A stretch of DNA of 64,000 nucleotides from a virus. Where the stretch lies: IMG/VR virus record IMGVR_UViG_3300030098_002071, positions 13,759 through 77,758 of that record. The stretch is one strand, 5' to 3'. Shown piece by piece: positions 36,446-46,402 of the stretch. How positions within the stretch are numbered: position 1 is the stretch's first letter; each line of letters begins with the position of its first letter. The notes below the pieces were generated by a model that saw nothing but the letters and a program-made list of their open reading frames with translations, was not told the DNA's origin and ran no database searches. The translations under genes were made by a program, and so were the position numbers.

Positions 36446-38649
36446 TATCGTTTTCCGTCTGTTCTAATATCCATGCGTGGTGTTCCTAATTGCCACTTGG
36501 TTCCGATAGAGGAACTTCCATCAACTCTAAATTTCATCTGCCTACCTCTAGCTCGCACGTTTACAACGTCTGTGTATAACTCAGTAGGTGATAATGCACT
36601 TGCAGTAACCGATTTAGCGGTTTCTGTGGTATAGGATGCACCCGAAAAATTACGGGGTGTTAATGTCAAAGACACATCTGGGGCTGTAGCTGTAGACCCA
36701 GTAAACGAAAGATCAGGTATTATACGCCATACAAATCCAAAACGCTCGCCATCCCCTATATCAAAATCCGATGATTCTATATAAGAATTAATAGATGCGG
36801 CTGAAGTACCGGACAAATCGTCAATACCGCTTTCATGGTATAAAAGTCTGCTATTATAATCTGCTGCTATTGGGTTACTTTTCGATCCGCTGTCAAGCCA
36901 AGCACTTCTTGCCATAGTGCCAAAATACCATAGGTTTTCAAGATAGTTATATATGACGTAGGAATCTACACTATTAGAACCACTTGAGCAGTAAAACCAC
37001 CAGACCTCATTAAACCCTTCATTCCCTCCTGCAAAAATTTGAAACTTTTGATCGACATTCATACCATCGTATACATAAGATCGTAGTGTAGACGGTAAAG
37101 CTCTAACCTGCCCATCGTATACATAGAATTTATCATTACCCATCCAAAAAACCAAGTTATTTGCAGTAAGAACTGAGTTGGGAGATATAATAGATATATT
37201 GTCAGCTATTAAATTAAATGTGAAAACATAGGGTAAGCCAACAAACTGCATTGAATATATAGCTGAATCTGTAAATATAAGTATTTCTTGTCGAGTTTGT
37301 ATAGCAGTAACTATTTGACTACCTCTATCTAATCTATAATCACCTGCTGTATTATCAGTTCTTGGAACCCACATGGCTTCGTCTTCAGATGCTGACCATC
37401 TAATCTGTAGAGCATCAAATGCCCCACTAGCCCCACCAAATCTATCTGTACCTAGACATACAACGTGTCTTGACTGATCGGCTACTAAAATAGAAGTAGC
37501 TGTACGAGGTATGTAAGCCGCATCAAAACCTGTCGCACTACTAGTACGAGCACTTAAAGCTACTCCTCTAGTGCTTACGCCCGCTGATTTATCCCAGTAA
37601 TAAACGCCTCCTTGATACACATTAAATACCAAATCTTCTCCAAACGTGTCGTGAGACCATATACGTAGCTGTGAAGCAAGATCAGCAACCCCTGTAGTTC
37701 CCCATGTAGAAGTAGTTGTATTTTCTTTGCGGATAGACACTGTGCCTCCCGCAGATGAATCAGAGCTATCAGGATCGTAGGTGACTCCATTTATTACCAA
37801 AGATATCGTGTATGAGTTAGCGTCTAGTTTAGTAATCTGAAAAGCTGTGAGCATAACATCCGTACAAGCGAAACCAGTTCTTCCATCTGTACCACTAAGA
37901 TCAAAAGAAGTGCCTATAGAATTTATGTATATATAATCTCCTGTATCTAGACCATGCCCTGTATGAGTTACGGTAACCGTAGCACTACCCGCACTTACAT
38001 TAAATGGGTCTGTACCTAAAGTTACATCTACATAATCAGGCCATGTACCAGAACCCCACCCTGCTGCATAACTAAAAGACTCTGGCCCTGTATTCAATTG
38101 ATAATCTGCATCTGTAGCAGAACCGCCATTCCCAGAATCAGAAGCGTTAGCTGTAGCACTAGCAGTAAAAGTATAAACAGTAGAACTTAATATAGCCGTA
38201 ATCTCATGCTCGGTATTTATTACAGCAGCCGTTATAAGCCCACCTAAACTGACAGCGTTAGATAAAGTTACATAATCTCCTACATTTGCCCCATGCCCTG
38301 CACTATCCGTAGCCGTTATTACAGCTGATCCATTGGTTGCAGACAGTGTGGTTGTATTTGAATTAGTTGCTCGTACAGGGGTAATATCATTAAATGTGCC
38401 ACCTTCTTCTATATAATACTTTTCGTTAGTGCCTACACCCGTTAAGTTATCTCCATCGAGAGCCACCCAGTTTATAAGATTACGAGCTGTACCTGCGTAT
38501 TGATTAGCCGATACTCTAGTCCACCCACCTATTTGTTCAGGAAATCCTGCTTTAAAACGTATTTTATCTGATTTGTACCAACCACCTTCATTAGAGTAAT
38601 TAGATACTTCTCTATTAACCCCCGGCTTAAATTGTAGTTTCTGTAACAT
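36445..38649 (-). CDS. Tail tubular/nozzle (stabilisation) protein
   Basis: MLQKLQFKPGVNRE start, beta-propeller-like repeats (IRWS, FWMG..KFYVYDG, EVWWFY), inserted beta domains. Confidence 0.7.
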   Translation of the reverse strand: MLQKLQFKPGVNREVSNYSNEGGWYKSDKIRFKAGFPEQIGGWTRVSANQYAGTARNLINWVALDGDNLTGVGTNEKYYIEEGGTFNDITPVRATNSNTTTLSATNGSAVITATDSAGHGANVGDYVTLSNAVSLGGLITAAVINTEHEITAILSSTVYTFTASATANASDSGNGGSATDADYQLNTGPESFSYAAGWGSGTWPDYVDVTLGTDPFNVSAGSATVTVTHTGHGLDTGDYIYINSIGTSFDLSGTDGRTGFACTDVMLTAFQITKLDANSYTISLVINGVTYDPDSSDSSAGGTVSIRKENTTTSTWGTTGVADLASQLRIWSHDTFGEDLVFNVYQGGVYYWDKSAGVSTRGVALSARTSSATGFDAAYIPRTATSILVADQSRHVVCLGTDRFGGASGAFDALQIRWSASEDEAMWVPRTDNTAGDYRLDRGSQIVTAIQTRQEILIFTDSAIYSMQFVGLPYVFTFNLIADNISIISPNSVLTANNLVFWMGNDKFYVYDGQVRALPSTLRSYVYDGMNVDQKFQIFAGGNEGFNEVWWFYCSSGSNSVDSYVIYNYLENLWYFGTMARSAWLDSGSKSNPIAADYNSRLLYHESGIDDLSGTSAASINSYIESSDFDIGDGERFGFVWRIIPDLSFTGSTATAPDVSLTLTPRNFSGASYTTETAKSVTASALSPTELYTDVVNVRARGRQMKFRVDGSSSIGTKWQLGTPRMDIRTDGKR

Positions 38650-38859
38650 TTGTATTGTCTTCCTTTAACGCTCCACAACATTCACCTGTTTTATTTGTCA
38701 GTCTGCTGCCACAACATTTTGTTTGCGGTTCTTTTTGTAAACTCTCTTGCTTGTTGTCTTGTTTTAAATTCTTTAACTCTAGTTCCATTAGGTATCATCC
38801 AATTATTATTCATATGTACTATTCGCCAAACCCCAAATTTATCTATGTATACTTGCCAC

Positions 38860-39294
38860 TCATGCAAAAAACCTTACTCCATCTTTATCAATAGTCAACG
38901 CATTTTTTCTAGGTTCTTCACCCGCTTCATTAGGCACAGATATATGCACCCAACTATCATATTCACATATTACTTGATCGTAACTTATACCTGAATCTAC
39001 TATCTTTCTAACAGCTTCTCTAGGAGTATATCCTGATACACGTATATCGCTCGCACAACCTTTCATATGCTGCGAGGTATCTTTCGACCCACAGGCACGA
39101 TTGAGCTCTTTGCATCTGAAGCCAGAATTTATAAATATAGGAGCATCAAACATATTTCGTAACTCTTGTAGCATATAAGCTAGTCGTCTTAAATTACTTA
39201 ACTGCACATCATTAGGAGTATTATCTATTCCTAGCCTAGCAGCTGTTCCAGAAGCGGTAAGTTCTTCTAAAGTAAAATTAGGTGTTAGTTGCAT
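38860..39294 (-). CDS. Endolysin, peptidase M15A family
   Basis: LTPNFTLEEL, INSGFRC..LN, SQHMKGCASD, WVHIS. Confidence 0.9.
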   Translation of the reverse strand: MQLTPNFTLEELTASGTAARLGIDNTPNDVQLSNLRRLAYMLQELRNMFDAPIFINSGFRCKELNRACGSKDTSQHMKGCASDIRVSGYTPREAVRKIVDSGISYDQVICEYDSWVHISVPNEAGEEPRKNALTIDKDGVRFFA

Positions 39295-39691
39295 CTAGTA
39301 TTACCCTCCCATCTTTTTTGTAATAGGTCATTATTAAACAACATTGCTCTACTGGAATATCCTTACACCTTTCTGCTATTATTTCTTGAATACGAAAAGA
39401 TAATTTGCCTTCTTTCATTAACGTATCTACTTCTAGTTTTAATTTTTCCCACCATGCATTTCTACTCTTAGAATGTGCTTCATTTATAGGGGGAATTCCC
39501 CAAGCTGCGTTTATACGATCTAGGGGTAATCTGCTTTTAACACTATCAAATATATACATAGCTAATTGAACCCTAACCTTACAGTGCTCACTTTTAACAT
39601 CTTTATCCGCTTCTACCTTTATATTAATTAAAAAACTAGTAAAAGTAGTTATTATGGCTAAAACACCGATAGCAAATACTTGTCTACTCAT
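39278..39691 (-). CDS. Secreted/membrane-anchored hypothetical protein
   Basis: N-terminal hydrophobic helix; in the lysis region. Confidence 0.6.
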   Translation of the reverse strand: MSRQVFAIGVLAIITTFTSFLINIKVEADKDVKSEHCKVRVQLAMYIFDSVKSRLPLDRINAAWGIPPINEAHSKSRNAWWEKLKLEVDTLMKEGKLSFRIQEIIAERCKDIPVEQCCLIMTYYKKDGRVILDATNT

Positions 39692-39906
39692 AATGCTATA
39701 ACTTCAGCATCCGTTTCTATCCATACCCTAGCTCCACACGGTAAAGGTCTATCAGGACTGTATATAACTTTAGATGCCCCTTTAATTTCTACTTCATTTG
39801 CGTAGGTATTAGTTTTATATGTCTTAACCGTAAGACAAGGTTTTCTTTCCCCTGTTTTATAGTTACTACGAATAACGTGCTGATTTACGTGTATTTTCTT
39901 TTTCAT
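39688..39906 (-). CDS. Conserved phage hypothetical protein
   Basis: IHVNQHVIRSN...PLPCGARVWIET. Confidence 0.7.
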   Translation of the reverse strand: MKKKIHVNQHVIRSNYKTGERKPCLTVKTYKTNTYANEVEIKGASKVIYSPDRPLPCGARVWIETDAEVIAL

Positions 39907-40174
39907 TTCTTATAGCTTCTTTTCCTTTTTTAAAAATGCTAGCTACTGTTGTTTTACCCATAACCTTTGCTCTTTGCTCTCCAACCGTAAGTATCTGTAT
40001 TTTTCTAGCATAAGGTTTATTTATCTTTTTTACTTTAGCCACTGTAGCTCTTGCATCAGCAGGTGTAGCAAACTTAATGCTAACGGTGTCCTTTGGGTTC
40101 TCATCCGTATATAACCGTCTACCACTACCTTTAGGTTTTTTACCTGTTCCTACCTTTGGATCACGTTTCTTCAT
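39866..40174 (-). CDS. Conserved small basic phage protein
   Basis: DPKVGTGKKPKGSGRRLYTDENPKDTV motif. Confidence 0.75.
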   Translation of the reverse strand: MKKRDPKVGTGKKPKGSGRRLYTDENPKDTVSIKFATPADARATVAKVKKINKPYARKIQILTVGEQRAKVMGKTTVASIFKKGKEAIRNEKENTRKSARYS

Positions 40175-40554
40175 CGTCTACCAAAAAATTTAGTTGCACT
40201 TCTCACACCAAATGAAGCAGCCACAATCACTCCCAAGCTGTATTGATACCACGTTGGCATCATCTCTAATTGCTCGAATCCATTTTGCACTATACCTTCT
40301 GCACCGGGGATAAAAGCAAGTATTAGTGGAAGTGAAAATAGGATTGTCAACCATTCGTCTTTAAATGACTGTTGACTTCCTTGGGCCATGATCTTTTCCC
40401 AGTTGCCTTCTTGAAGAGCAGTTTGTTTATAAACCTCTGCCTCTGCCTCTGCTTTAGCCACAGCAACTTTTGTTTTTCCACGTTGTTTCTCCACTCTAGA
40501 TTCAACAAAACTTCCCACTACAGAAGCTATTGGGTTAATTAAAGACTGCCACAT
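40171..40554 (-). CDS. Putative holin
   Basis: SFKDEW then two TM segments, P.WYQ...AASFG.R; near the endolysin. Confidence 0.65.
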   Translation of the reverse strand: MWQSLINPIASVVGSFVESRVEKQRGKTKVAVAKAEAEAEVYKQTALQEGNWEKIMAQGSQQSFKDEWLTILFSLPLILAFIPGAEGIVQNGFEQLEMMPTWYQYSLGVIVAASFGVRSATKFFGRR

Positions 40555-40799
40555 TATGCTGTCCTCCTATATTTCCTAACTTTTTTAGCAATATTTTTAG
40601 GTTGTTTAACAAATTGTTTGCCTTTTTTGTTGCCTTTGGCTTTTGCTCTGTTAGTAGCTGCTTTTTCTGCAGGAGTTAGACTTTTCCAAGCTGCATCGGG
40701 CAAATACCGTTTTTTACCCTCAGACTTTTTACCATCTGAAGTCCTCCACTTTTGTTTAGTCCAAGACTTTAATGACCTTTGTGACTTCTTTAACGTCAT
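40554..40799 (-). CDS. Small basic protein (DUF5872-like)
   Basis: SLKSWTKQKWRT...RYLP..AW..L...K...GKQFV. Confidence 0.7.
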   Translation of the reverse strand: MTLKKSQRSLKSWTKQKWRTSDGKKSEGKKRYLPDAAWKSLTPAEKAATNRAKAKGNKKGKQFVKQPKNIAKKVRKYRRTA

Positions 40800-40990
40800 G
40801 ATGTGTATCCGCCACCTGCTTTTTTATAGGCTGAAGCAAGCATTTGGGCTTTGCGAGCACTCCATTGCCCCGGTTTCCCACCTTTTGATCCAGCTTTTAT
40901 ACGATTAAATAAACGCTTTCGCATAGTTGGCTTAGTATAATTACCAGCCTCGTTTACTCTACTTTTAGTTTTTTTCTTTTTCACTGCCAT
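40796..40990 (-). CDS. Small basic protein (DUF5872-like N-terminal part)
   Basis: NYTKPTMRK...GGKPGQWSARKAQMLA..YK.AGGGY. Confidence 0.7.
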   Translation of the reverse strand: MAVKKKKTKSRVNEAGNYTKPTMRKRLFNRIKAGSKGGKPGQWSARKAQMLASAYKKAGGGYTS

Positions 40991-41309
40991 TTCGTTTACT
41001 CCATGCACTTGTTGCCATAAACGTAGCCACCATACCCAAATTAGTAATGCTCCAAACCTGTAAAAACGGAATAATAATATTTAGTCTTGCCTCTGATACT
41101 AAAGGGGTTAGTATTACAACCACACCTGCACATACTGACAATAAAGATACCCAACACATCTTTCGTTGCTGGTCAGACATTTGATCTGCATTTTCTATGC
41201 GGATCATCCGCTCTTCTCTTTTTAGCTCTTCGTCTGAAACAACCCCATCGCCATCAAGATCATGAATGGCATATCTGCTATCCGTTTCAAATTTTTTTTG
41301 GTCTGACAA
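40965..41309 (-). CDS. EF-hand-like loop plus two-TM membrane protein
   Basis: DLDGDGVVSDEE followed by two hydrophobic segments. Confidence 0.65.
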   Translation of the reverse strand: MSDQKKFETDSRYAIHDLDGDGVVSDEELKREERMIRIENADQMSDQQRKMCWVSLLSVCAGVVVILTPLVSEARLNIIIPFLQVWSITNLGMVATFMATSAWSKRNGSEKEKN

Positions 41310-41334
41310 TTCTTTTACTCCAATCGAAAAATAC

Positions 41335-41838
41335 TCACCACTTACCTGCTCGTTGTCCCATCCCTATAGCCATGTCCACAATAAACCATATCATAAAACC
41401 ACCAAAACCTAATATAGCAGCAATTGTTCCATAATAAACTATGTTATCAATACGTTGTTTCTTTCTAGCTATCTCCCGTTCCCGTTCTAATTTTTGCTCC
41501 CGAATCATCTGTTGTCGGGTGCGTAAAAAATCCTTCCAAATCTGCCCTCCATCTGGGTATGGCCCCCATAATAACTTTTGTTTTATGTCAGCCAATGCTT
41601 GCTTGGCATTACGCTCTGCGGTTACTATATCCATAGCTTGTTGCGACAGCGACTTACCCTTCTTCCCCTTTCCTACTTCTTTCTTTGCTTGCGATAGTGT
41701 TTCTGTATGATCAAACAACTTCCCTAAGTCTTTGGTAACCTCATTAACATCTTTTGCTGCTGCGATGCCTTTCTTTACAAGCTCCGTAGCGGTTTTTACT
41801 CCCGCTATAGCTAATCCAATACTTGCTGGATCTAACAT
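41335..41838 (-). CDS. Coiled-coil protein with C-terminal TM
   Basis: MLDPASIGLAIAG N-terminus, coiled coil, TM tail. Confidence 0.7.
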   Translation of the reverse strand: MLDPASIGLAIAGVKTATELVKKGIAAAKDVNEVTKDLGKLFDHTETLSQAKKEVGKGKKGKSLSQQAMDIVTAERNAKQALADIKQKLLWGPYPDGGQIWKDFLRTRQQMIREQKLEREREIARKKQRIDNIVYYGTIAAILGFGGFMIWFIVDMAIGMGQRAGKW

Positions 41839-41850
41839 TATCCATCCTCT

Positions 41851-42150
41851 TTACAAACCCTCTTTATCCCTAACCAGTCTAAGTTTAGTAGCCTCTTCTA
41901 AAACTTGATGACTACTCTCATTAGCTTTTACCATCTCATTTCTAAATGACTCTACAGCTGCACCTGTACTTCTTTGCTGCTGAGAGTTTTCTACAAGCAA
42001 AACCGGAAGCCATCCTACTGCACAGCCCCAGTCATCTATTTCTTCTCCAGTATTAGGATTATGCCCCCTCAATTGCGTAAACCAAGCACATTTCAACTCT
42101 ATACAATCTTTTTTAATTAAAGGACAAAAAGACCCTGCTTTTAATTTCAT
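41851..42150 (-). CDS. Cys-rich tail-fibre-associated protein
   Basis: CPLIKKDC...CAWF...GCAV...AAVESFRNEMV, directly after a fibre gene. Confidence 0.65.
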   Translation of the reverse strand: MKLKAGSFCPLIKKDCIELKCAWFTQLRGHNPNTGEEIDDWGCAVGWLPVLLVENSQQQRSTGAAVESFRNEMVKANESSHQVLEEATKLRLVRDKEGL

Positions 42151-43190
42151 TAAGCATCCTTAGAGCAAATTATTACGTCTATGTAATTAACCCCTACATT
42201 TGTTGTACCTGATCCCGAAAAACTAGAAGTAGCTGATAACGCAGGTATGCTGTGCGTATGTGCTGTAGAAGATGCTTTTGAGGTAGATTCAGAACCTGAT
42301 GTACTTGACCCCGATCCACCTGTAGCACCTGTAGTTTTACTGTTTACTCTTGTAGTAGAATCCCCTCCTCCAGCACCATCTGTATTTTCTGAAGCCTGTA
42401 CACCCGCATGTGTATATACGTAGTGAGTGTGACCGGGAATATTTTCTATAGTAAGGGCTGTACCACCAGTAGTTCCTGTGCTTACAGATGTAGACACACT
42501 ACCAGATACTGTTACCGCCCTACTTGTAGCAAATGCTGTAGTAAATGCTACACTACCACCTGATCCTCCACCTGAACCACTGACTACTCGTAGAGCTTTA
42601 TCATTATGGCTAGTAGATTTAGTCCAACCAGTGGGGGCCGCAGATTGGTAAAATAACATTACCGAACCAGTAGGTATAATAGGAGAAGACACCCAAGCAG
42701 ACCCATTAGACCGTAATACATTACCACTTGTACCTGCAGCTGTTAACCCTGTACCTCCACCCTCCGGTGCTAATGCTGCCCCTAAATTAGTTAAGCCCGC
42801 AACTACATTTGTGCCGTCACAAAATACTAAGACTTTATCTCCATTAGCAATAGTTACCCCTGACCCAGAGGATGTTTTAAATACAATAGATTGACTGCCA
42901 GAAGTAGCGTTATCAACTACATACAATTTTTCTTTAGTGGGGCAAATAACATTTCTAGAGGCAGACAATGTGCCTGTCAGTTTAATTATCATTTGTCTTG
43001 CTTCGTCACTGACCCCACTATTAGCTGTTAGGGTGTAATTAGCATCTGACATAGACACTGTAGCGTGTCCTGCTATAGCTTCCTCTATAAGAGTGCCTAT
43101 ATTTACGTTTGTAGTTGTACCCCATGTACCCGACTGTTCGCCTGAGCCTATGAGTTCTAACCGTAATCTATCCGAATATGTACTTGCCAT
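42150..43190 (-). CDS. Tail fibre/tail collar protein (phage A)
   Basis: MASTYSDRLRLELIGSGEQSGTWG N-terminus; collar-like IPTGSVMLFYQSAAPTGW; HTH/HSH fibre motifs. Confidence 0.75.
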   Translation of the reverse strand: MASTYSDRLRLELIGSGEQSGTWGTTTNVNIGTLIEEAIAGHATVSMSDANYTLTANSGVSDEARQMIIKLTGTLSASRNVICPTKEKLYVVDNATSGSQSIVFKTSSGSGVTIANGDKVLVFCDGTNVVAGLTNLGAALAPEGGGTGLTAAGTSGNVLRSNGSAWVSSPIIPTGSVMLFYQSAAPTGWTKSTSHNDKALRVVSGSGGGSGGSVAFTTAFATSRAVTVSGSVSTSVSTGTTGGTALTIENIPGHTHYVYTHAGVQASENTDGAGGGDSTTRVNSKTTGATGGSGSSTSGSESTSKASSTAHTHSIPALSATSSFSGSGTTNVGVNYIDVIICSKDA

Positions 43191-43201
43191 TTTTTATCCT
43201 A

Positions 43202-43711
43202 TTAAGAAGGTATTTCCGTCCAAATTGTACTAGGTTCTGTTATTTCCGTCCAACTACCGGAAGGGCCGTTTGATATCTCTGACCACTGTCCATCTGGGCC
43301 TTCTGGGACAGTTGCAAAGAATCCCGCAATACCACCTTCACCTGCGGTTATAAGTAATCCATCAACACTAATTCCAGCACCTCCCCCCGGTGTTACATTA
43401 TTAGTAGCAGAAATAACAACACCTGCAGTAGTAACTGTTATATTTCCTGTTCCAGTAAGAGTAACGCTTGCTACCCCAGAAGTAATAGCCCCTGCAGTAG
43501 TTAAAGTAACCCCTGCCCCACCAGCAACTGTAACGCTAGATAACCCAGATGTTATTGCACCTGCAGTAGTAACTGTTATATTCCCCGCCCCACTAGGAGT
43601 AACACTAGCAACAGATGAAGTTATAGCTTGTCCTGTTAAGGTTATCGCCCCATTAACATTAAAGTTACCATCTGAAAAACCTGTAGCTGAATATTGGGGC
43701 GTACCAAACAT
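43202..43711 (-). CDS. Thr/Gly-rich repeat virion protein
   Basis: Repeats of TVTTAGAITSG..SVT; C-terminal WTEI repeats. Confidence 0.65.
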   Translation of the reverse strand: MFGTPQYSATGFSDGNFNVNGAITLTGQAITSSVASVTPSGAGNITVTTAGAITSGLSSVTVAGGAGVTLTTAGAITSGVASVTLTGTGNITVTTAGVVISATNNVTPGGGAGISVDGLLITAGEGGIAGFFATVPEGPDGQWSEISNGPSGSWTEITEPSTIWTEIPS

Positions 43712-43830
43712 TTATTCATCCAAACTGTTTAAATATATTATATAAATTAAAAGTATTACAAACCCTACTAAAGACAATCCCGCCAAAACCAAAAAAACCA
43801 CTTCTCCAAACAGCAACACCTTTGAACAAC

Positions 43831-44034
43831 TCAAATTTGTGTCTTACTCACTGCCGTCAAATAAGCAGTTTTTACAGAGTCCGTGTGATGCTCCGCAACT
43901 AGAGCTTTTATCTCATCACTCTCAGAACTTGTGTCATCAAGAGGCGAAATAGTTCGCCTGTGTATCGCACCGTCTGTCTCCTCTCGTATCTCTATAAATT
44001 TAAACTCTCCAACCACTCTTGTTGTCACATTCAT
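43831..44034 (-). CDS. Small tail-fibre-associated protein
   Basis: HRRTISP..D.S.ES..IKA...HT..VK.AY, typical downstream of DDYEEG-type fibres. Confidence 0.6.
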   Translation of the reverse strand: MNVTTRVVGEFKFIEIREETDGAIHRRTISPLDDTSSESDEIKALVAEHHTDSVKTAYLTAVSKTQI

Positions 44035-44046
44035 TTGTCGTTTTCC

Positions 44047-45348
44047 TTATGTTGTGAAATACCTCAAACTGAGCATAAAGTCGGTGTTGTTAGCTAAAAA
44101 TTGTGCTCCTGTATTCACCTGCAAAGTTGACCCCCCAAAACTTGTTGCAAGAGAAAAGCTGGCGGCATTGGCCGTGGCAATTGCATAAACTTGATTTGCC
44201 GTAATTGTTCCAGAACTCCCCGCAAAGTTTAACCCGTAATGCAAAAGCGTGCCACTTGGCACAGAATGGTTACTGGCCGTAAAGGGCAGACTTACAAGGA
44301 ACGTACCCGTTCCCGACCCCAAACTTGTTAAAGTAACCCGACAAGTGATATGGCATATACGTCCTATTTTTGTGTAAAATCCAGCACTGTTCGACTGTGT
44401 GGTACTAGAGCCACCTACTGTAGCGGTAGCCGTGAACGTCCCCTCTTCGTAATCGTCCAAAGTGTTCGCATCTGAACTAGCAACTTGCGTGGCTGGAAAC
44501 GCCACGCCTTTGGCGACAGTTGCAATTTCTGCCAGTGTAACTTTTCCATCGGATGCGATGGTTATGGCATCCGTGTCAGACGCACTACCAATTGTTTTCC
44601 CATCGCCAATGACGAGATCGTCAGCTATGGTCAATAGTCCTGCGGAACTTAGCGACATTTTTTCAGCCGCCGCCTCAGAACTCGCAGTCTTAAAACTCAA
44701 CTTAGTAGCGTTGCTACTGCTACTGAAGTCGCCCTCGGATACAGCCTCAATTCCTGCTGCAACCAACAATGCGTCGGTGCCTGTGCCCTCGTCAGGAGCC
44801 TGAAAATTTATTACTCCCAACTTATCATCAGCAGCAATATCAGTATCGCCAGTTTGTAATAATAATGTTGCCGGACTAGAACTCGTGGCTGGGTTTTTAA
44901 TTGTTAACTTGGTAGCAATGTTCAAATCAACTAATAAATCGTAAACAGCACCACTAGACCCAGCACCGTCTGTGGCAACCATTTTCACGTCGCCATTAGG
45001 AATAGTAATAGTAGCACCTGAGCCTTGTTTAATTGTTATAGCTTTACCGCCTGTGGTGGCGTTTTCTATAATCCAAACTTTAGATAATGTGTTTGGAGCA
45101 AGGGTCACTTCTCTATCTGCACTAAGTGAAGTAGAAGTAATTTTCAAATATAAAGATCTTGCCTCATCTGTTGCACCATCAGCTACTGTAATAGTAGTAT
45201 TAGCATCACTGCCCAAGTTTTCGGTGCCATAGCTAAACGCTTCAGCAATCAGCTCTAGGTTAGTATTGGTGACATTTCCCCATGTACCAGAGGCATCACC
45301 TGTTGCCATCTCATTGAGTCGTAAATCATTTACATAACTACTAGCCAT
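44047..45348 (-). CDS. Tail fibre protein (phage B), mosaic
   Basis: MASSYVNDLRLNEMATGDASGTWG N-terminus homologous to 42150-43190; C-terminal ANTLDDYEEGTFT...YTKIGR module. Confidence 0.75.
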   Translation of the reverse strand: MASSYVNDLRLNEMATGDASGTWGNVTNTNLELIAEAFSYGTENLGSDANTTITVADGATDEARSLYLKITSTSLSADREVTLAPNTLSKVWIIENATTGGKAITIKQGSGATITIPNGDVKMVATDGAGSSGAVYDLLVDLNIATKLTIKNPATSSSPATLLLQTGDTDIAADDKLGVINFQAPDEGTGTDALLVAAGIEAVSEGDFSSSSNATKLSFKTASSEAAAEKMSLSSAGLLTIADDLVIGDGKTIGSASDTDAITIASDGKVTLAEIATVAKGVAFPATQVASSDANTLDDYEEGTFTATATVGGSSTTQSNSAGFYTKIGRICHITCRVTLTSLGSGTGTFLVSLPFTASNHSVPSGTLLHYGLNFAGSSGTITANQVYAIATANAASFSLATSFGGSTLQVNTGAQFLANNTDFMLSLRYFTT

Positions 45349-45358
45349 AACTAAACTC

Positions 45359-45775
45359 CTAGTCTATCCTAATTATTGCATTTGTTCCTGCTGCTGGAAA
45401 TACAATTTTGAATGTCCCACTAGAAACTGTAAAGTCACCACCAAAATCTAAAACAGCTATTGCTTTATCTCCATTAGTGTCATTATAAATCAATGCACCT
45501 CGTGCAGTAAAACTAGCTGAAGTCCATGTTGGATCATCAGCATCAAAAAAAGCTGTAGTGCCAGAGGTTGAAACCGTAGTGCTAGTCAAAGCAACTCCCC
45601 CAGCAGTATAACCACTACCACTAACTTCGTTGCTTGTTGAATAAGCTGTGGTACTAGCACCAAGACTCGCACTGCTAGTAAACAACGCCACTTTAATTGT
45701 ATCTGATGCAAGGTCATGCTGTTCGTCTAAAATTTCTGATTTAAACGAAGTGCACATTGCTTGTGTAATTGCCAT
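45359..45775 (-). CDS. Conserved virion structural protein
   Basis: MAITQAMCTSFK...KVALFTS..GYTAGG...ARGALIYN...VLDFGGD. Confidence 0.75.
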   Translation of the reverse strand: MAITQAMCTSFKSEILDEQHDLASDTIKVALFTSSASLGASTTAYSTSNEVSGSGYTAGGVALTSTTVSTSGTTAFFDADDPTWTSASFTARGALIYNDTNGDKAIAVLDFGGDFTVSSGTFKIVFPAAGTNAIIRID

Positions 45776-46401
45776 TAAATCCCTCCGCTGTATTCTGCCG
45801 TGTAATCACGAGCCATTTCTTGTTGAAACAATTGTATTGCCTCGTCAAACTGTCCTTTATATAATTTTAGCGTTTCTCCAGCTTTAAGAAAAGCTGAAGT
45901 TTCATATAAAGCACCAGAGAGTAGTACATTCTCTGCATTATCTCCTATCCAAGTGTTAGTATTTGATGAAGATAAACCTGTTTCTGGTGATATGAAGTCT
46001 ACCTGATAAGAAAGAGTAGCACTAGGAGTTGGAGCTAAAGTTATTACTGTGCCTGAAGTTGTAGCATTTTTAGTGCTGTACATTATTGGTGTACCTGTTG
46101 TTGCTGAGTTTTTCCAGTAATCTCTTAAATAGGAATCTATTCTATGATCTAAATAATTAACATTACTACTAGAGTCTGTTAAAGAAACCTGACGTATCAT
46201 CCTAGCATTAGCAACAGTGTATTCCGAAGTTCCTACAACAAATGTTCCTGTGACTGAGTTTCTGAAACAAGGTAAGCTCGGCAACTTTTGGAAAATCATT
46301 TCTTCAGTCTGAGCAATTATTACATTAATAGAGTCTGATAGCTCAGTTGAATCGTCCTCTATAAAATTTTTAATATTAGCAACCAATTCTGTATAATTCA
46401 T
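45775..46401 (-). CDS. Head-tail adaptor/tail tubular protein A-like
   Basis: Start MNYTEL; G.P..Y...LAPTP...Y...LS..N..TW...LL.GAL.E. Confidence 0.65.
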   Translation of the reverse strand: MNYTELVANIKNFIEDDSTELSDSINVIIAQTEEMIFQKLPSLPCFRNSVTGTFVVGTSEYTVANARMIRQVSLTDSSSNVNYLDHRIDSYLRDYWKNSATTGTPIMYSTKNATTSGTVITLAPTPSATLSYQVDFISPETGLSSSNTNTWIGDNAENVLLSGALYETSAFLKAGETLKLYKGQFDEAIQLFQQEMARDYTAEYSGGI

Positions 46402-46402
46402 A

